Of a stretch of 64,000 nucleotides of DNA, positions 24,254 to 34,960 are shown in pieces (position 1 is the stretch's first letter; each line of letters begins with the position of its first letter). Below the pieces are notes generated by a model. That model was not told where the DNA came from and searched no databases. It was given only the letters and a program-made list of their open reading frames with translations. A program made the translations under genes and the position numbers. The DNA is from Macrostomum hystrix (taxonomy: Eukaryota; Animalia; Platyhelminthes), in the NCBI GenBank assembly GCA_950097015.1, contig CATNEN010000001.1, positions 9,114,001-9,178,000 on the forward strand, read 5' to 3'.

Positions 24254-25139
24254 CGCTGAGAAGTCTGGCTCTTGGTCTGTGGATATGCTTTTATCTTAGC
24301 TGATTACTCAGTTAATATAGACGTGTTTCCTAAAACTAACATTACCTGTCTCCTCTTGGGATATATAGGTGCCAGAGGTGATGCTGTGAGGGTAAGGGGG
24401 TGCTTGCGTGCCAGAAATGAGTTAGTTTCATGCCCAACAAAGCTTTGTTGGTTGATTGTTTTTGTATTTTTAGGGGAAGTGATATGAGTGATCAACACCG
24501 TAAGTCATTTCCCATTGGCAGTGAGGCCAGAATCACCCATGAAGGGTGCGTGGGTTGCAGAAAATGAGGAAAAATTCATCTAATTGAGAAGCAGCGCGGA
24601 CAATCGATAGGTCCGAGGTCAAAGTAGAATGAGGAAGCAACGTGGTGTTTGAGCAACTTTTAAGCAAGCAGCCATTTTATATTTGCCATTATCTCTAAAC
24701 ATACAAGTATGAGCTATACGAGCTATAGGCTTTGCGATAGAAATGCCAATATTTGCATAGCTTTGCCTAGATTCCAGTGGCAAGAATTTTTCCTATTGTC
24801 TTTATAAGCCCAATGCAATAGAATAGCATACTACTCGTAGTATAGCATTTTGCAAACTAATAGAGACTACGAGCAAAAAAATTAATCCAAGATAGCAAAA
24901 ACCTTTTTGTATTTTGAGTCACAAAATATTTTGCTAGTTGTCTATGGTAAAAATTGTGTCAAACCGGCAGGCAATTTAATCCTTGGGGCTCTCATTTCAG
25001 CACTCATTTAACTGCTACGTCTATGGCAAAAATGAGCTCTGTGGATCAGGAGTCATTGGACATAGACTGCAAGTGACTTTTAAATGTGATAGACAATAGC
25101 CCAGAATATGGGAGAGACAGCTGGGTGAATTGAGCGGGG

Positions 25140-25680
25140 TGACAAGACACGGGAGAGATGAGACACGGGAGAGATGAGACACGGGAGAGATGAGACACGG
25201 GAGAGATGAGACACGGGAGAGATGATATATGGTAGAGATGAGACAGGGGAGAGATGAGACACGGGAGAGATGAGATACGATAGAGATGAGACACGGGAGA
25301 TATGAGACACGGGAGAGATGAGACACGGGAGAGATGAGACACGGGAGATATGAGACACGGGAGAGATGAGACACGGGAGAGATGAGACACGGGAGAGATG
25401 AGACACGGGAGAGATGAGACACGGGAGAGATGAGACACGGGAGAGATGAGACACGGGAGAGATGAGACACGGGAGAGATGAGACACGGGAGAGATGAGAC
25501 ACGGGAGAGATGAGACACGGGAGAGATGAGACACGGGAGAGATGAGACACGGGAGAGATGTGACACCAGAGAGATGAGACACGGGAGAGATGAGACACGG
25601 GAGAGATGAGACACGGGAGAGATGAGACACGGGAGAGATGTGACACCAGAGAGATGAGAAACGGAAAAGATAAGACAGGG
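25140..25680. repeat. 16-bp minisatellite (GGGAGAGATGAGACAC), ~33 copies
   Basis: Direct periodicity; a short array of the same motif occurs at ~51590-51670. Confidence 0.97.
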
Positions 25681-26280
25681 CAATTTTCGTAGATTTCTCA
25701 AGTTTTGTCAGTACATCTGTCTTGACTTTCTCATCAACAGGCTGTGCACACTCTCATTGTGCATTGGAGGCGTTTAGGTGCCCTAAATGAATGTGGCCTC
25801 GCCGCGGAATCGAGCTCAGGGACCTCACCGCCACTATGGCTCTCCCACTCACCCTCCAACTGAAGCACAATGTATTGGAAAAATCTGACCTTCGGCCAGA
25901 ACCTTTGGGTATCTCGACGGTCTGTAGAGCTGGCGACTTGATTATTGTTTCAGAAGATTGGCCCGTTTTCTTGAGTTTTGTGTGCTTGCGTTGCTCTGTT
26001 CGGGTGCAGCGCAGAAAATCCCCCCCTTTCGGGGATACTGTTAACACTTATGGTATAGCCATCAAGATCGACTTTTTAGAAATGAAGCTTGGAAACATTT
26101 ACTGGAGCAACATTTTAGGTAGGCTATTTCAAAAGAATAGCTTTGCATCTTCTTCCAATAAAAAACGATAACTATTTTTACGTGAGTAAATGTTTATTTC
26201 CTATTTCCGAATTGTATTCCATGAAACGTAGTTTCCCGTCCTTCTACCCGTTGGTCCTTGCTTCAGAGTCTGAGCAGTAT

Positions 26281-29200
26281 TCAGTGGCAGTTAGCAGCAG
26301 TGTACTTCAGCATCACAAAGCCGTGAACGCTAGCTGAGTTCCCCCCAGAGACAGCGTAGCAACCAATGCCGCCGCAGAATGAGCCGCCGCCGCCTCCGCA
26401 GTGGTCGCCAAAGATTCCGGCGCCGCCGCCGCTGAAGCCGCCGCCAGCCCCGGCTGCGCCGTTGTAACTGCTTGTTCCGGCTCCGGCGCCGCCGCCACCG
26501 CCGAAACCGCCGCTGGCAGCACGAGAGTTTGAACTGGCTCCCGGCTGCCCACCCAGCCAGCCGTCGCCAAGACTCAAGCCTCTGTCGCCATCGAAGTTGC
26601 TGCTTCTGACGTTCACCGCTTTGCCCTCCCAGCCGGCGCCACAGCCACCGTGGTTTCCTCCTCTCTGCTTTAAGCTGGGATTGTTGAAGCCGGGCTGTCC
26701 GTTGGACCCTCCGGTACCTACCTGGCTGGCCTGTAAATTATCCCGAGACTGTCTTGAAATCCCATTGTCGTGAAATCCCCAAAAAATCCCATTTTCGTGA
26801 AATCCCATTGTCATGAAATCCCATAAAATCCCATTGTCATGAAATTCCTTTGTTGTGAAATCCTATTGTCATGAAATCCCATTGTCGTGAAATTCCATTG
26901 TCGTGAAATCCCATAAAATCCCATTGTCGTGAAATCCCATAAAATCCCATTGTCATGAAATCCCATAAAATCCCATTGTCGTGAAATCCCATAAAATCCC
27001 ATTGTCGTGAAATTCCTTTGTCGTGAAATTTCTATTGTCATGAAATCCCATTGTCGTGAAATCCCATTGTCGTGAAATTTCATTGTCGTGAAATTCCATT
27101 GTCGTGAAATCCCATAAAATCCCATTGTCGTGAAATCCCATAGTAAACAGAGTTTAACTGAACCCGGACTTGCAAAACAAGATGACAAGAAGCTAGCTAA
27201 TTAATCACTCAATGCAGTCGATTTTCTAAGCCCGGAACTTTTCCAAGTTTAGTCAGCATTCTGAAATAGTGGCAAACAGTCATGCAGAGGTAGATTCTTT
27301 ATCTTCCTTAGACTCTTTTGCAATTCTCAACTGAGCACTTCAGACATTTACCAGTCGCAACTACTGTCTTCACTTCAAATCTTGAGCCTGTCGAGTGTTA
27401 AACAGGCCTCTTTAAGATTGCCTATGTGAAGATTGTCTTGGCAAACAGTCAGCAAGTTTGCATTTGAGCTATTTGAGTAAAACTGTAGAAGAAGAGCAAA
27501 CACAGGTGCTTGTTGCTGGGACAAATTACCGAGCCCCCGCCTTTGGAGTCAGAGCCGTTGCCACCAGCCTCGCCGGGTCGACCTGAAATTTTGCATGCCA
27601 GGAAATACTTGCCCCAGCACTTTCATTGCCAGATTTTTTATTGAACGGTTAAATACTTGAATCTGTTTAATCTACAAGTTTGAACAGCATCAGACATATT
27701 GTCTTGAAATTGTAACCATTGAAGATTTGAACTTCTCAAAGCGTTTAAAAAGTTGATTTGAAGCGAAGATTAATCAATAAATTACGATGAAGTAATCAAC
27801 AAATTCGGGGGGGGTCGGTGGCAGAGCGGTTAATGTGTTTGTCTCTCGCGACAAGGTCCCTGAGCTCGATTCCGCGGCTAGGCCACATTCATTTGGGGCG
27901 CAGCCGCGGAGAGAAGGCTGGCGAGCTTGTCGTGCAATTTACGCCCTTAAAGGCCAACCTCTAAGGCACAGTGAAAGTGTACACTGCCTGACGATGGGAA
28001 AGTCAGGGCAGATGTACACACCTGTGCGAGCGTGTGCCTGCGTACGATATTTGTGTGCGTGTGTGCTCAGGAGTCAGCGAAATAGTGCGGGTCTAGTGTC
28101 AGCAAATTATGCGTCATTGCCCGCAGCCCTCCTTCTATTATTAAACGCAGCGATTAAAACTGACCGTCATAGTTAAAAGATGCTCCACCGCCACCGCCAG
28201 CCGCCATCAGGAGCGTGTTGCTCGCAGTCTGGTACACGAAGCTGCCTCCGCCGCCGCCACCGCCAGAATTCGCGGCTGTCGATGCACCACCCGCCTGTCC
28301 CACAACAATGGACAAATCAGTCCCGGCTGTCAGGCTGACATTGCCAGAAATCAGCGCTCCGAAGCCACCAAGTCTGCTGTTGCTCACAAGAGTATTATCG
28401 CCGCCTTTGGCGCCGGCTACTTCGATAAGGTAGCAGCCAGTTATATTAACTATTTTGCGACGAATCGAGCCATTTAAACCTGGGGCCGAGTCTAAATTGT
28501 GTTTTTTTTGTTGTTTCAAATATATAATCTGTGCTGATAAAAGTTTGTATTGCGTACTTACTTGTAAACAGAACCGTGAAGTTGATGCTTCCTGCCTGCT
28601 TAATTAAATCGTCAAAGTTTTCTAGCTTCATCACGATTGAATCCGACTCAACACCTAACAGTCTTCCCTGGCTGCTTCCATAAGCCCCTTGCCAAGATGC
28701 GACAGCCAGAATCTGACACAGACCTCGGCTTCTCAAGAATACAGCAGCTGCACAGCTCTTCATCCGGCAGTGCATGAGACAGTTTGGCACTGAAGTGACG
28801 CCGCTAATGTTGAAAAGGTCCGCGCTGAGTGTGGCACTAACGGTCAGGACGCCATTGTGCTTGATGTAGCGCATTGGGCTGCTGCAGGAGCCTAGAATTT
28901 CAAGGTCGATAATATTTAAATGAAAGCTTCCAGAAAGGCTGTGAGAACTGGTGCATCATTTGGTGACCCGCAGCCAGCGAGGAGGCAATTCTGCCCTTTC
29001 CGCTGACTCCTGAGCATACACTCACACAGATACCGTACGCAAGCACACTCACAGAGTGTGTACATAACGCCCTGATTTTCTCATCGTCAGGGAGTGTAGA
29101 CTCCTACTATGCTTTGGGGTTAGCCGGAAATTTTCGTAAATTGCATGACAAGCTCCAAAGTCTTCTCTCCGCGGCTACGCCCCAAATGAATGTGGCCTCG

Positions 29201-29645
29201 CCGCGGAATCGAGCCCAGGGACATTGGTGCGAGAGGCAAATACGTTAACTGCTCGGCCAATCATCGGCTTAGCAGGAAGCTAATTTCCGATTACTTCTGC
29301 CCCATTAGGGCCAGATGAGCAGTCGACAGCACAGCCGCAGCTATTGCGCGGCGCATCTGAAGGCTGCGTACGGCTGTTCAGTCCATGGACTGGGGGGAAG
29401 CCACACCCACCCTCAATTACCCATTTAACAGCTGTGTGAACTGAAGCAATGCAGAATTAAGTGTCTTACTAATGGGCAAAAACGGTTCCAGTTGATACGG
29501 GAATCGAACCGTCGACCTTTAAGTCGTAAGTCCGACGCTCGAAGATAGGATCGATCTTATAGACCAAACAGTTTTCTAACTTACCATAAACCGCATTAAA
29601 ATTCCATAATAGCAGTACAACAGCAGACAAAACAAGCGAGTACAT
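26281..29645 (-). CDS. Secreted PAN/Apple + ALK/LTK-like glycine-rich domain protein, paralogue B (~406 aa); exons 29585-29645, 28562-28891, 28165-28491, 27530-27582, 26281-26730
   Basis: Signal peptide MYSLVLSAVVLLLWNFNAVYG; RYIKHNG…NCLMHCRMKSC…LC; TGCYLIEVAGAKGG; same exon phases as paralogue A. Confidence 0.85.
26755..27142. repeat. Intronic minisatellite, 16-bp unit (AAATCCCATTGTCGTG) with 10-bp AAATCCCATA inserts
   Basis: Direct periodicity in the last intron of paralogue B. Confidence 0.95.
27810..28143 (+). mobile_element. tRNA-derived SINE, family B (near full length)
   Basis: A-box GTGGCAGAGCGG, B-box-like GCTCGATTCC, shared body (GGCCACATTCATTTGGGGCGCAGCCGCGG…GATGTACACACC…GTGCTCAGGAGTCAGC), ATT tail; at least 6 other copies in the window. 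Confidence 0.85.
28966..29260 (-). mobile_element. SINE family B
   Basis: Reverse complement of the 27810-28143 body. Confidence 0.85.
29295..29540 (-). mobile_element. SINE family A
   Basis: Reverse complement of the 49712-50021 body, including the palindrome at ~29379. Confidence 0.85.
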
Positions 29646-30037
29646 GACAATGTCTTTAGAATATCTTATTTTACATAAACAGTTCTGTGACTTGTGCAGC
29701 CGTTCTTGAATGCCGCAAGCATCGAGTATTTATCTATTGTGGTTTGCATCCTGATTGGACCGTCAGAAGCAAGTAAGCGTTTAGTAAAAGTGACATTCTG
29801 CAGCTGCAAGGACACAATTTGGCTAAAGCTTTGTTAAAACCCAGCTATATTTACACCAAGCTTCATTGTTTGCAGTTATTGCAATCCATTAGCATGCCAT
29901 TGAGCAGCTACGTAATTGATTTCTTTCTAGCTTTTTATGAGCAAGAAATATCTTTTTTTAATGGATTCCGTTTCGTTCTTTGCCGTTTTTTTCGCTGATA
30001 ATAATTGTCCGGCTTAGTATGGTAATCCGCAAGGCAT

Positions 30038-30232
30038 GTGGGAGTGGGAGTGGGAGTCTGGGTGGGAGTCTCGGTGGGTGTCATGGTGGGAGTCTGGGTG
30101 GGTGTCTGGGTGGGTGTCTGGGTGGGTGTCTGGGTGGGAGTCTGGGTGGGAGTCTGGGTGGGTGTCTGGGTGGGAGTCTGGGTGGGTGTCCAGGTATCTG
30201 TCGGGGTAGGTGTCCCGGTGGGTGTGTGGGTG
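30038..30232. repeat. 12-bp G-rich simple repeat (GGGTGGGTGTCT / GGGTGGGAGTCT)
   Basis: Direct periodicity; many GGG runs (G4-prone). Confidence 0.9.
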
Positions 30233-30291
30233 GCAGTGCGAAGGCTGGCCCATTTCGTAAGGGCCCTGCTTAGCCGTTTTGTTCGGTAGTT

Positions 30292-30850
30292 TTGCGGATA
30301 ACGCAGAAGCCAAATCGAAAAAGCGACACGCTTGGGAGGAAATCCGAACCACGATGCATGGAGGCAAATGGGTTGTGCAAGCCAGTTGCATATCTGCGCG
30401 ACACAATGTGGAAAAACATTCGGATGGCAACAATGAAGAAGCGAGACGCTAGTCGTCAGACGGGTGCCGGAGGAGGGACTCTTGCCAAGGAGACAGATGT
30501 GGATCGTATGGTTCTAGAAGTCATTGGAAAGGAAAGTTCTTCGGTATGTGGGCTTGATGTCGACGAAAGTGTGCCCTGCATTCGACCCGATGCCGCTTCC
30601 GATGCATCTGTCCATATAGACAACTTAAACCGTACTATGCCAAGCAGCTCGGCGGAAAAGCCATCCATGGCCAGGCCTTCGATGTTGGCCCTGCTCAGCG
30701 ACGAAGCAGGCGAAGCGCCATCGACACCACGTCGAAGGAAGCCGGAGAAGATGACGGAAAAAGAAAAGTTGGTTCTCGAGTTTCGCCTGAAAAGCTGCGC
30801 CTGGAAATCCGAAAACTTGAACTCGAGCAGCAAGATGATATACTATGCTA
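30292..30850 (+). pseudogene. Harbinger Myb/SANT-like DNA-binding protein ORF (degenerate)
   Basis: WKNIRMATMKKRDASRQTGAGGG resembles the end of Harbinger Myb/SANT domains; the C-terminal coiled-coil tail KLRLEIRKLELE is in a shifted frame; convergent with the Harbinger nuclease ORF. Confidence 0.65.
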
Positions 30851-31157
30851 AAGCTGTTATTTTTCATAGCTAAACCCCTATCTTTCCAACATATCATTCT
30901 TCCAAACTAATATTTCCCAAACTTCAAACTTCCCCACATCTCAACTTTCCCATATTCCCCGCTGCCTAACTTCCTTATGTCCCCTTCCTCCCCACATCAC
31001 CTAGTCCCGACATCCCTTCTGTATCTTCTCTTCCCCTCTTCCCTAAACATCGGTGCTAGATACAAGTCACAAGCGACAAACTTGCCTCGCAAAATGGGCG
31101 ATAAAGTGTAATCGGAAGCGAAAAGCTTAGAGGAAAACAAGGGAAAATTGCGGCAGA

Positions 31158-31948
31158 ATTTCACCAGGACTTTTGTTTGTTATACACAGTAAGGCAGGTA
31201 AGCACAGTGTAAAAATAGATCTAGCTCTGCCAAGTTACGATATCATGAAAAATGTTAAAATCAGTGATGTGTCACTAATGCATAGCATTGCAAGAATGCA
31301 CCGCTGCTTTAATCATTGCCGACGTTGTAAACGAACAGAGAACTGTATAAAAATGCTTCATCTTCTACTATACTAAAAATGAAAATCTTGCTTGGGGATC
31401 ATGGTCAACTTGGGGATCATTGTCAGCTAGGGGATCATTGTAACTTAAAAAAAGCTGAAACTACAGCTGCTAAAAAGTATATACTAGATGAATTAAAAAT
31501 ATTTATGCTCCCCGAAGGGGGGCAAAACTTGCTAGTAATATAATTTCACCAGGACTTCTGTTTGATATGCACAGGAAGGCAGGTAAACACGGTGTAAAAA
31601 TAGAATAGCTCTGCCAAGTAATACGATATCATGAAAAATGTTAAAATCAGTGATGTGTCACTAATGCATAGCATTGCAAGAATGCACCGCTGCTTTAATC
31701 ATTGCCGACGTTGTAAACAAACAGAGAACTGTATAAAACATGCTTCATCTTCTCTATACTATACTAAAAATGAAAATCTTGCTTGGGGATCATGGTCAAC
31801 TTGGGGATCATTGTCAGCTGGGGGATCATTGTAACTTTAAAAAAGCTGAAACTGCAGCTGCTAAAAAGTATCTACTGGACGAATTAAAAATATTTCTGCT
31901 CCCCGAATGGGGACAAAACTTGCTAGTACTATGCTAAAGCTGTTATTT
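31158..31948. repeat. ~385-bp tandem duplication inside the Harbinger element
   Basis: ATTTCACCAGGACTT at ~31158 and ~31543, followed by near-identical ATGAAAAATGTTAAAATCAGTGATG… blocks. Confidence 0.9.
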
Positions 31949-32199
31949 AGATTGAATGAACACCGAAAAACGCATTGTGTTGTTTACATTTGTTGCATCA
32001 TTTATTCACGCGTTTATTAGTTTCAGTGTTTGTATCAGTGTTTATGAATTAATTTAAAAGCTTTAACCTTCCAACATACGACAGGATTAAAATTCAATAA
32101 CGCTGTGTTCGCAAAAGTTGCATACATAAACGTTTAACATTAACATTTGTTCTTTAACATGCTTTTCAATAGTTAGTTTCTGTTATCGATTCAAATCAG

Positions 32200-33229
32200 T
32201 TATTGGAATAATTCAATAAGTTGTCTCCGCCGGTTGTCGTTTGCGTTCACTACTTCGCCCTCCATGGGTATATCGATGCCCACCACCGGATGCAAAAGCT
32301 CTGCTGCCAAATTGTCGTCAACTTGTCCTTCAAGTTGAATGCAAAGATTGTGCAGAACAACACACGCCTTGACTATCTCAGCAGAGTAAACAGGACCTTG
32401 AACGCGCAGACCATTGAGACAGGGGAAGCGCAATTTTAGCAGTCCGATACTCTACGACTGATCGCGTCTTCTTTTGAGCCCTGTTAAATGCGGCGGTTGC
32501 TGGAGGCAGATTGTCGCCTAGAACAGGTGGTATTAACCAATCCAAGCAAGGGAAAATACTGTCACCGAGTATGACGGCTCCTGGGATTGGACGCCATTGC
32601 TCCATCTGGAAACGTGTAAACAGACTGCTGTTGCGCAACACCCTTGCGTCGCTTACACTTCCCGGCCATGATGCGTTGCAAAAATAAAATTGATGATCTG
32701 GTCCGCTCACAAGTAGCACATTCAACGGTCCTTTACGGTCCACGAACTGGTTTTCGTGAAGTCCAGGTTTCTTAATGGGAATAAGGGTCCTATCGATGAG
32801 TCCACAGACAGAAGGCATTCCTGCGATGTTAAAGAACTTCTGCACAACGTTGTTGATGTCCGGCCAAGCAACGGTATGGTGAAAAAGCTCAGAGTTAATG
32901 GCAGTCGTTACGCGGCGCACAACTCTTGTGACAGACGACTCGGAAGGCCCGTGCGCGTCTCGAAGTACGTGGTAGAAGCCGTTACAGGCGTAGAAACGCA
33001 ATGCGGTCAACGCTTGCTCCCTGGCACTCAATTGACCACTTCGAACGCTACCATACTCCAAGGTTGGGCGAATTTCTTCGAGCAGATGCTCGAACGTAGG
33101 TGGCAACATTCTAAAGCGCTGTCTAAAATCCCAGTCGTCGACGAAGTTCAAGCGCTCTCGAAATTCCCTTGGACGCGGCCCGGATTCCTCTTCGAGCAAA
33201 TTAAGGGCGTCGTATATAGGCAGCTCCAT
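32200..33229 (-). pseudogene. PIF/Harbinger DDE transposase (HARBI1-like), frameshifted near 32440
   Basis: FRQRFRM, ALRFYA, GLIDRTLIPI (canonical GxIDGTHI), WPGSVSDARV, LGDS, FNRAQKKTRSVVE, then RFPCL…IVKACVVLHN in another frame. Confidence 0.88.
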
Positions 33230-33520
33230 TTCTTAGCACCTAAGTAGGATGCTAAGTTTTAACCGTGGAAATGTGGTTATTTTAGCAGCGCTGGTATGCT
33301 CCTGAAACCAACCGTTACCAGCCCCCGAGAACACCCTACTTTGAGCCATAGACATAGACGTTCTAAATCAATACAAGCAGCCTCAGTTTTACCAGCCAAT
33401 TCGTGAAACCACAGCTTACCAGACTGCTAATAGTTAGCAGCTGCTAAAGTTCGCCATGAAACCAAACTTCAAGTAGCTGCGGTTATTTACCAGTTACCAG
33501 TTGCTCATGAAATTGGTCCC

Positions 33521-34327
33521 AGATGACATCCATAGTTGCATTGCAGGTATGCGGCCTGGCGTTGTCCTGCTGCAGCACAATGCCCCTGGTGATCATTCCC
33601 CGGCGCTCACTCTTGATCTTCTCACGCAGCCGTTCCAACATTTCACAGTAGTACTGGGCATTGATGGTTCTGCCTTCAGGTAGCCACTCGATCAGCAAGA
33701 TGCCTTCTCTGTCCCAGAACACGGTGGCCATGCGCTTACCTGCTGACTGCACCGCCTTGGCCTTGACCGGTGGGGGTTCGTGAGTAGCCTTCCAGACGCT
33801 GCTCTGCCGTTTCGTTTCTGGTTCGTAGAAGTGAAACCACGTTTCATCACCAGTCACCAGGCGGCCAAGAAAGTCGGGCTCGTTTTGATAGGCGTTGAGT
33901 AGGTGGCGGCACATCTGGACCCTCTCTTGCAGTTGGACAGGAGTCAGCAGTTTAGGGACCCATCGTGCAACAACTCGTGTCATATGCAGATGGTCGGAGA
34001 TGATGCGATGAATGCTCTTCATTGGTATCTCCAACAAGTCCTCTAACTGCCTCAGGGTTGCTCCACTATCATCGTCCAGGGCATGCTGCACACGCTGGAT
34101 GTTGTCACTGGAAGTGGATGACCGCGGTGCACCTGGGCGTGGAGCATCATCAACTGTTTCCCGCCGTCCTTAAAGCGCTGCATCCACTTTGACACCGTTT
34201 GTTTCGAAGGTGCATCCTCGCTAAAGATTTGCAGCAGCTCGCGGTAAATATCAACCTGCTTCTTCTGCTGCTTTTTATGAATTTATGCGAATTTATGTCA
34301 GCGAATTTATGACACAACCCTCGTATA
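33521..34327 (-). mobile_element. 5' part of a mariner (Tc1/mariner) element, frameshifted and truncated
   Basis: 5' end TA-TACGAGGG; HTH region TVSKWMQRFKDG, WVPKLL, VTGDETW, QDNARPH; the YSPDLAP segment and third Asp are missing. Confidence 0.9.
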
Positions 34328-34549
34328 ATCCGAAAAAACTGTTACGATGCGGTTTGATGGGCAGGTGCGAGGTGCGAAGCCTGGGATGACTAACACTATC
34401 AGAGACTTCACTCATATTTCCTCGTTGGACTATGAAGGACTTGATTATTCAAATAATTCGAAAAAAATGTTGAACAAAAGAAAAATTTGCTTGTGGAACG
34501 ATAATCAGTTTTCTTTTTAAATCATTATATTTGAGTATAGTTTAGTATT

Positions 34550-34880
34550 TAAAATACCCACTGCCAATTCACGATCACTCCCAAACCGAACGACCAATTT
34601 TCGTGAAATTCCACCAGTTGAATCAAAATTTTCCGCTCATTACGATGAACCAACTTTCAAAGCCGCCCTCTAAGACCCTGGTGACAATGATGACTAACAC
34701 TGCTCCGTATACGGCAAATCCATGATTTGTTAAAAAATTACCAAATTAGTAACACCCGACGAGAATCGTTGAATATCTCGACGATGCCAGTGTTTTGTGA
34801 TTCTGAAAATTGAGCGGAAAATTGTAGCCCGTTTTCAGGATTTTCATGGCGGTTCGGTGAATATTTTAAAAGATACAAAA
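34550..34880 (+). mobile_element. Interspersed repeat 'family D' copy
   Basis: AAATACCCACTGCCAA…ATCAAAATTTTCCGC…AACTTTCAAAGCCG is shared with 36033-36555; related copy on - at 49500-50130. Confidence 0.7.
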
Positions 34881-34960
34881 AAGGAAAAGTGTGGGTATTT
34901 ATTTTTATTATATATATCTGCCTAAAACCTTATTTTACGCTGTTGTTCCGAAATAGTGTT

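Larger units (their letters stand above)
30250..33520. mobile_element. Harbinger transposon (two-ORF); right end near 33520, left end not found
   Basis: Myb-like and DDE ORFs; repeated subterminal TTACCAG and TGAAACCA motifs at 33300-33500; terminus …CATGAAATTGGTCCC coincides with the mariner truncation point. Confidence 0.75.
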
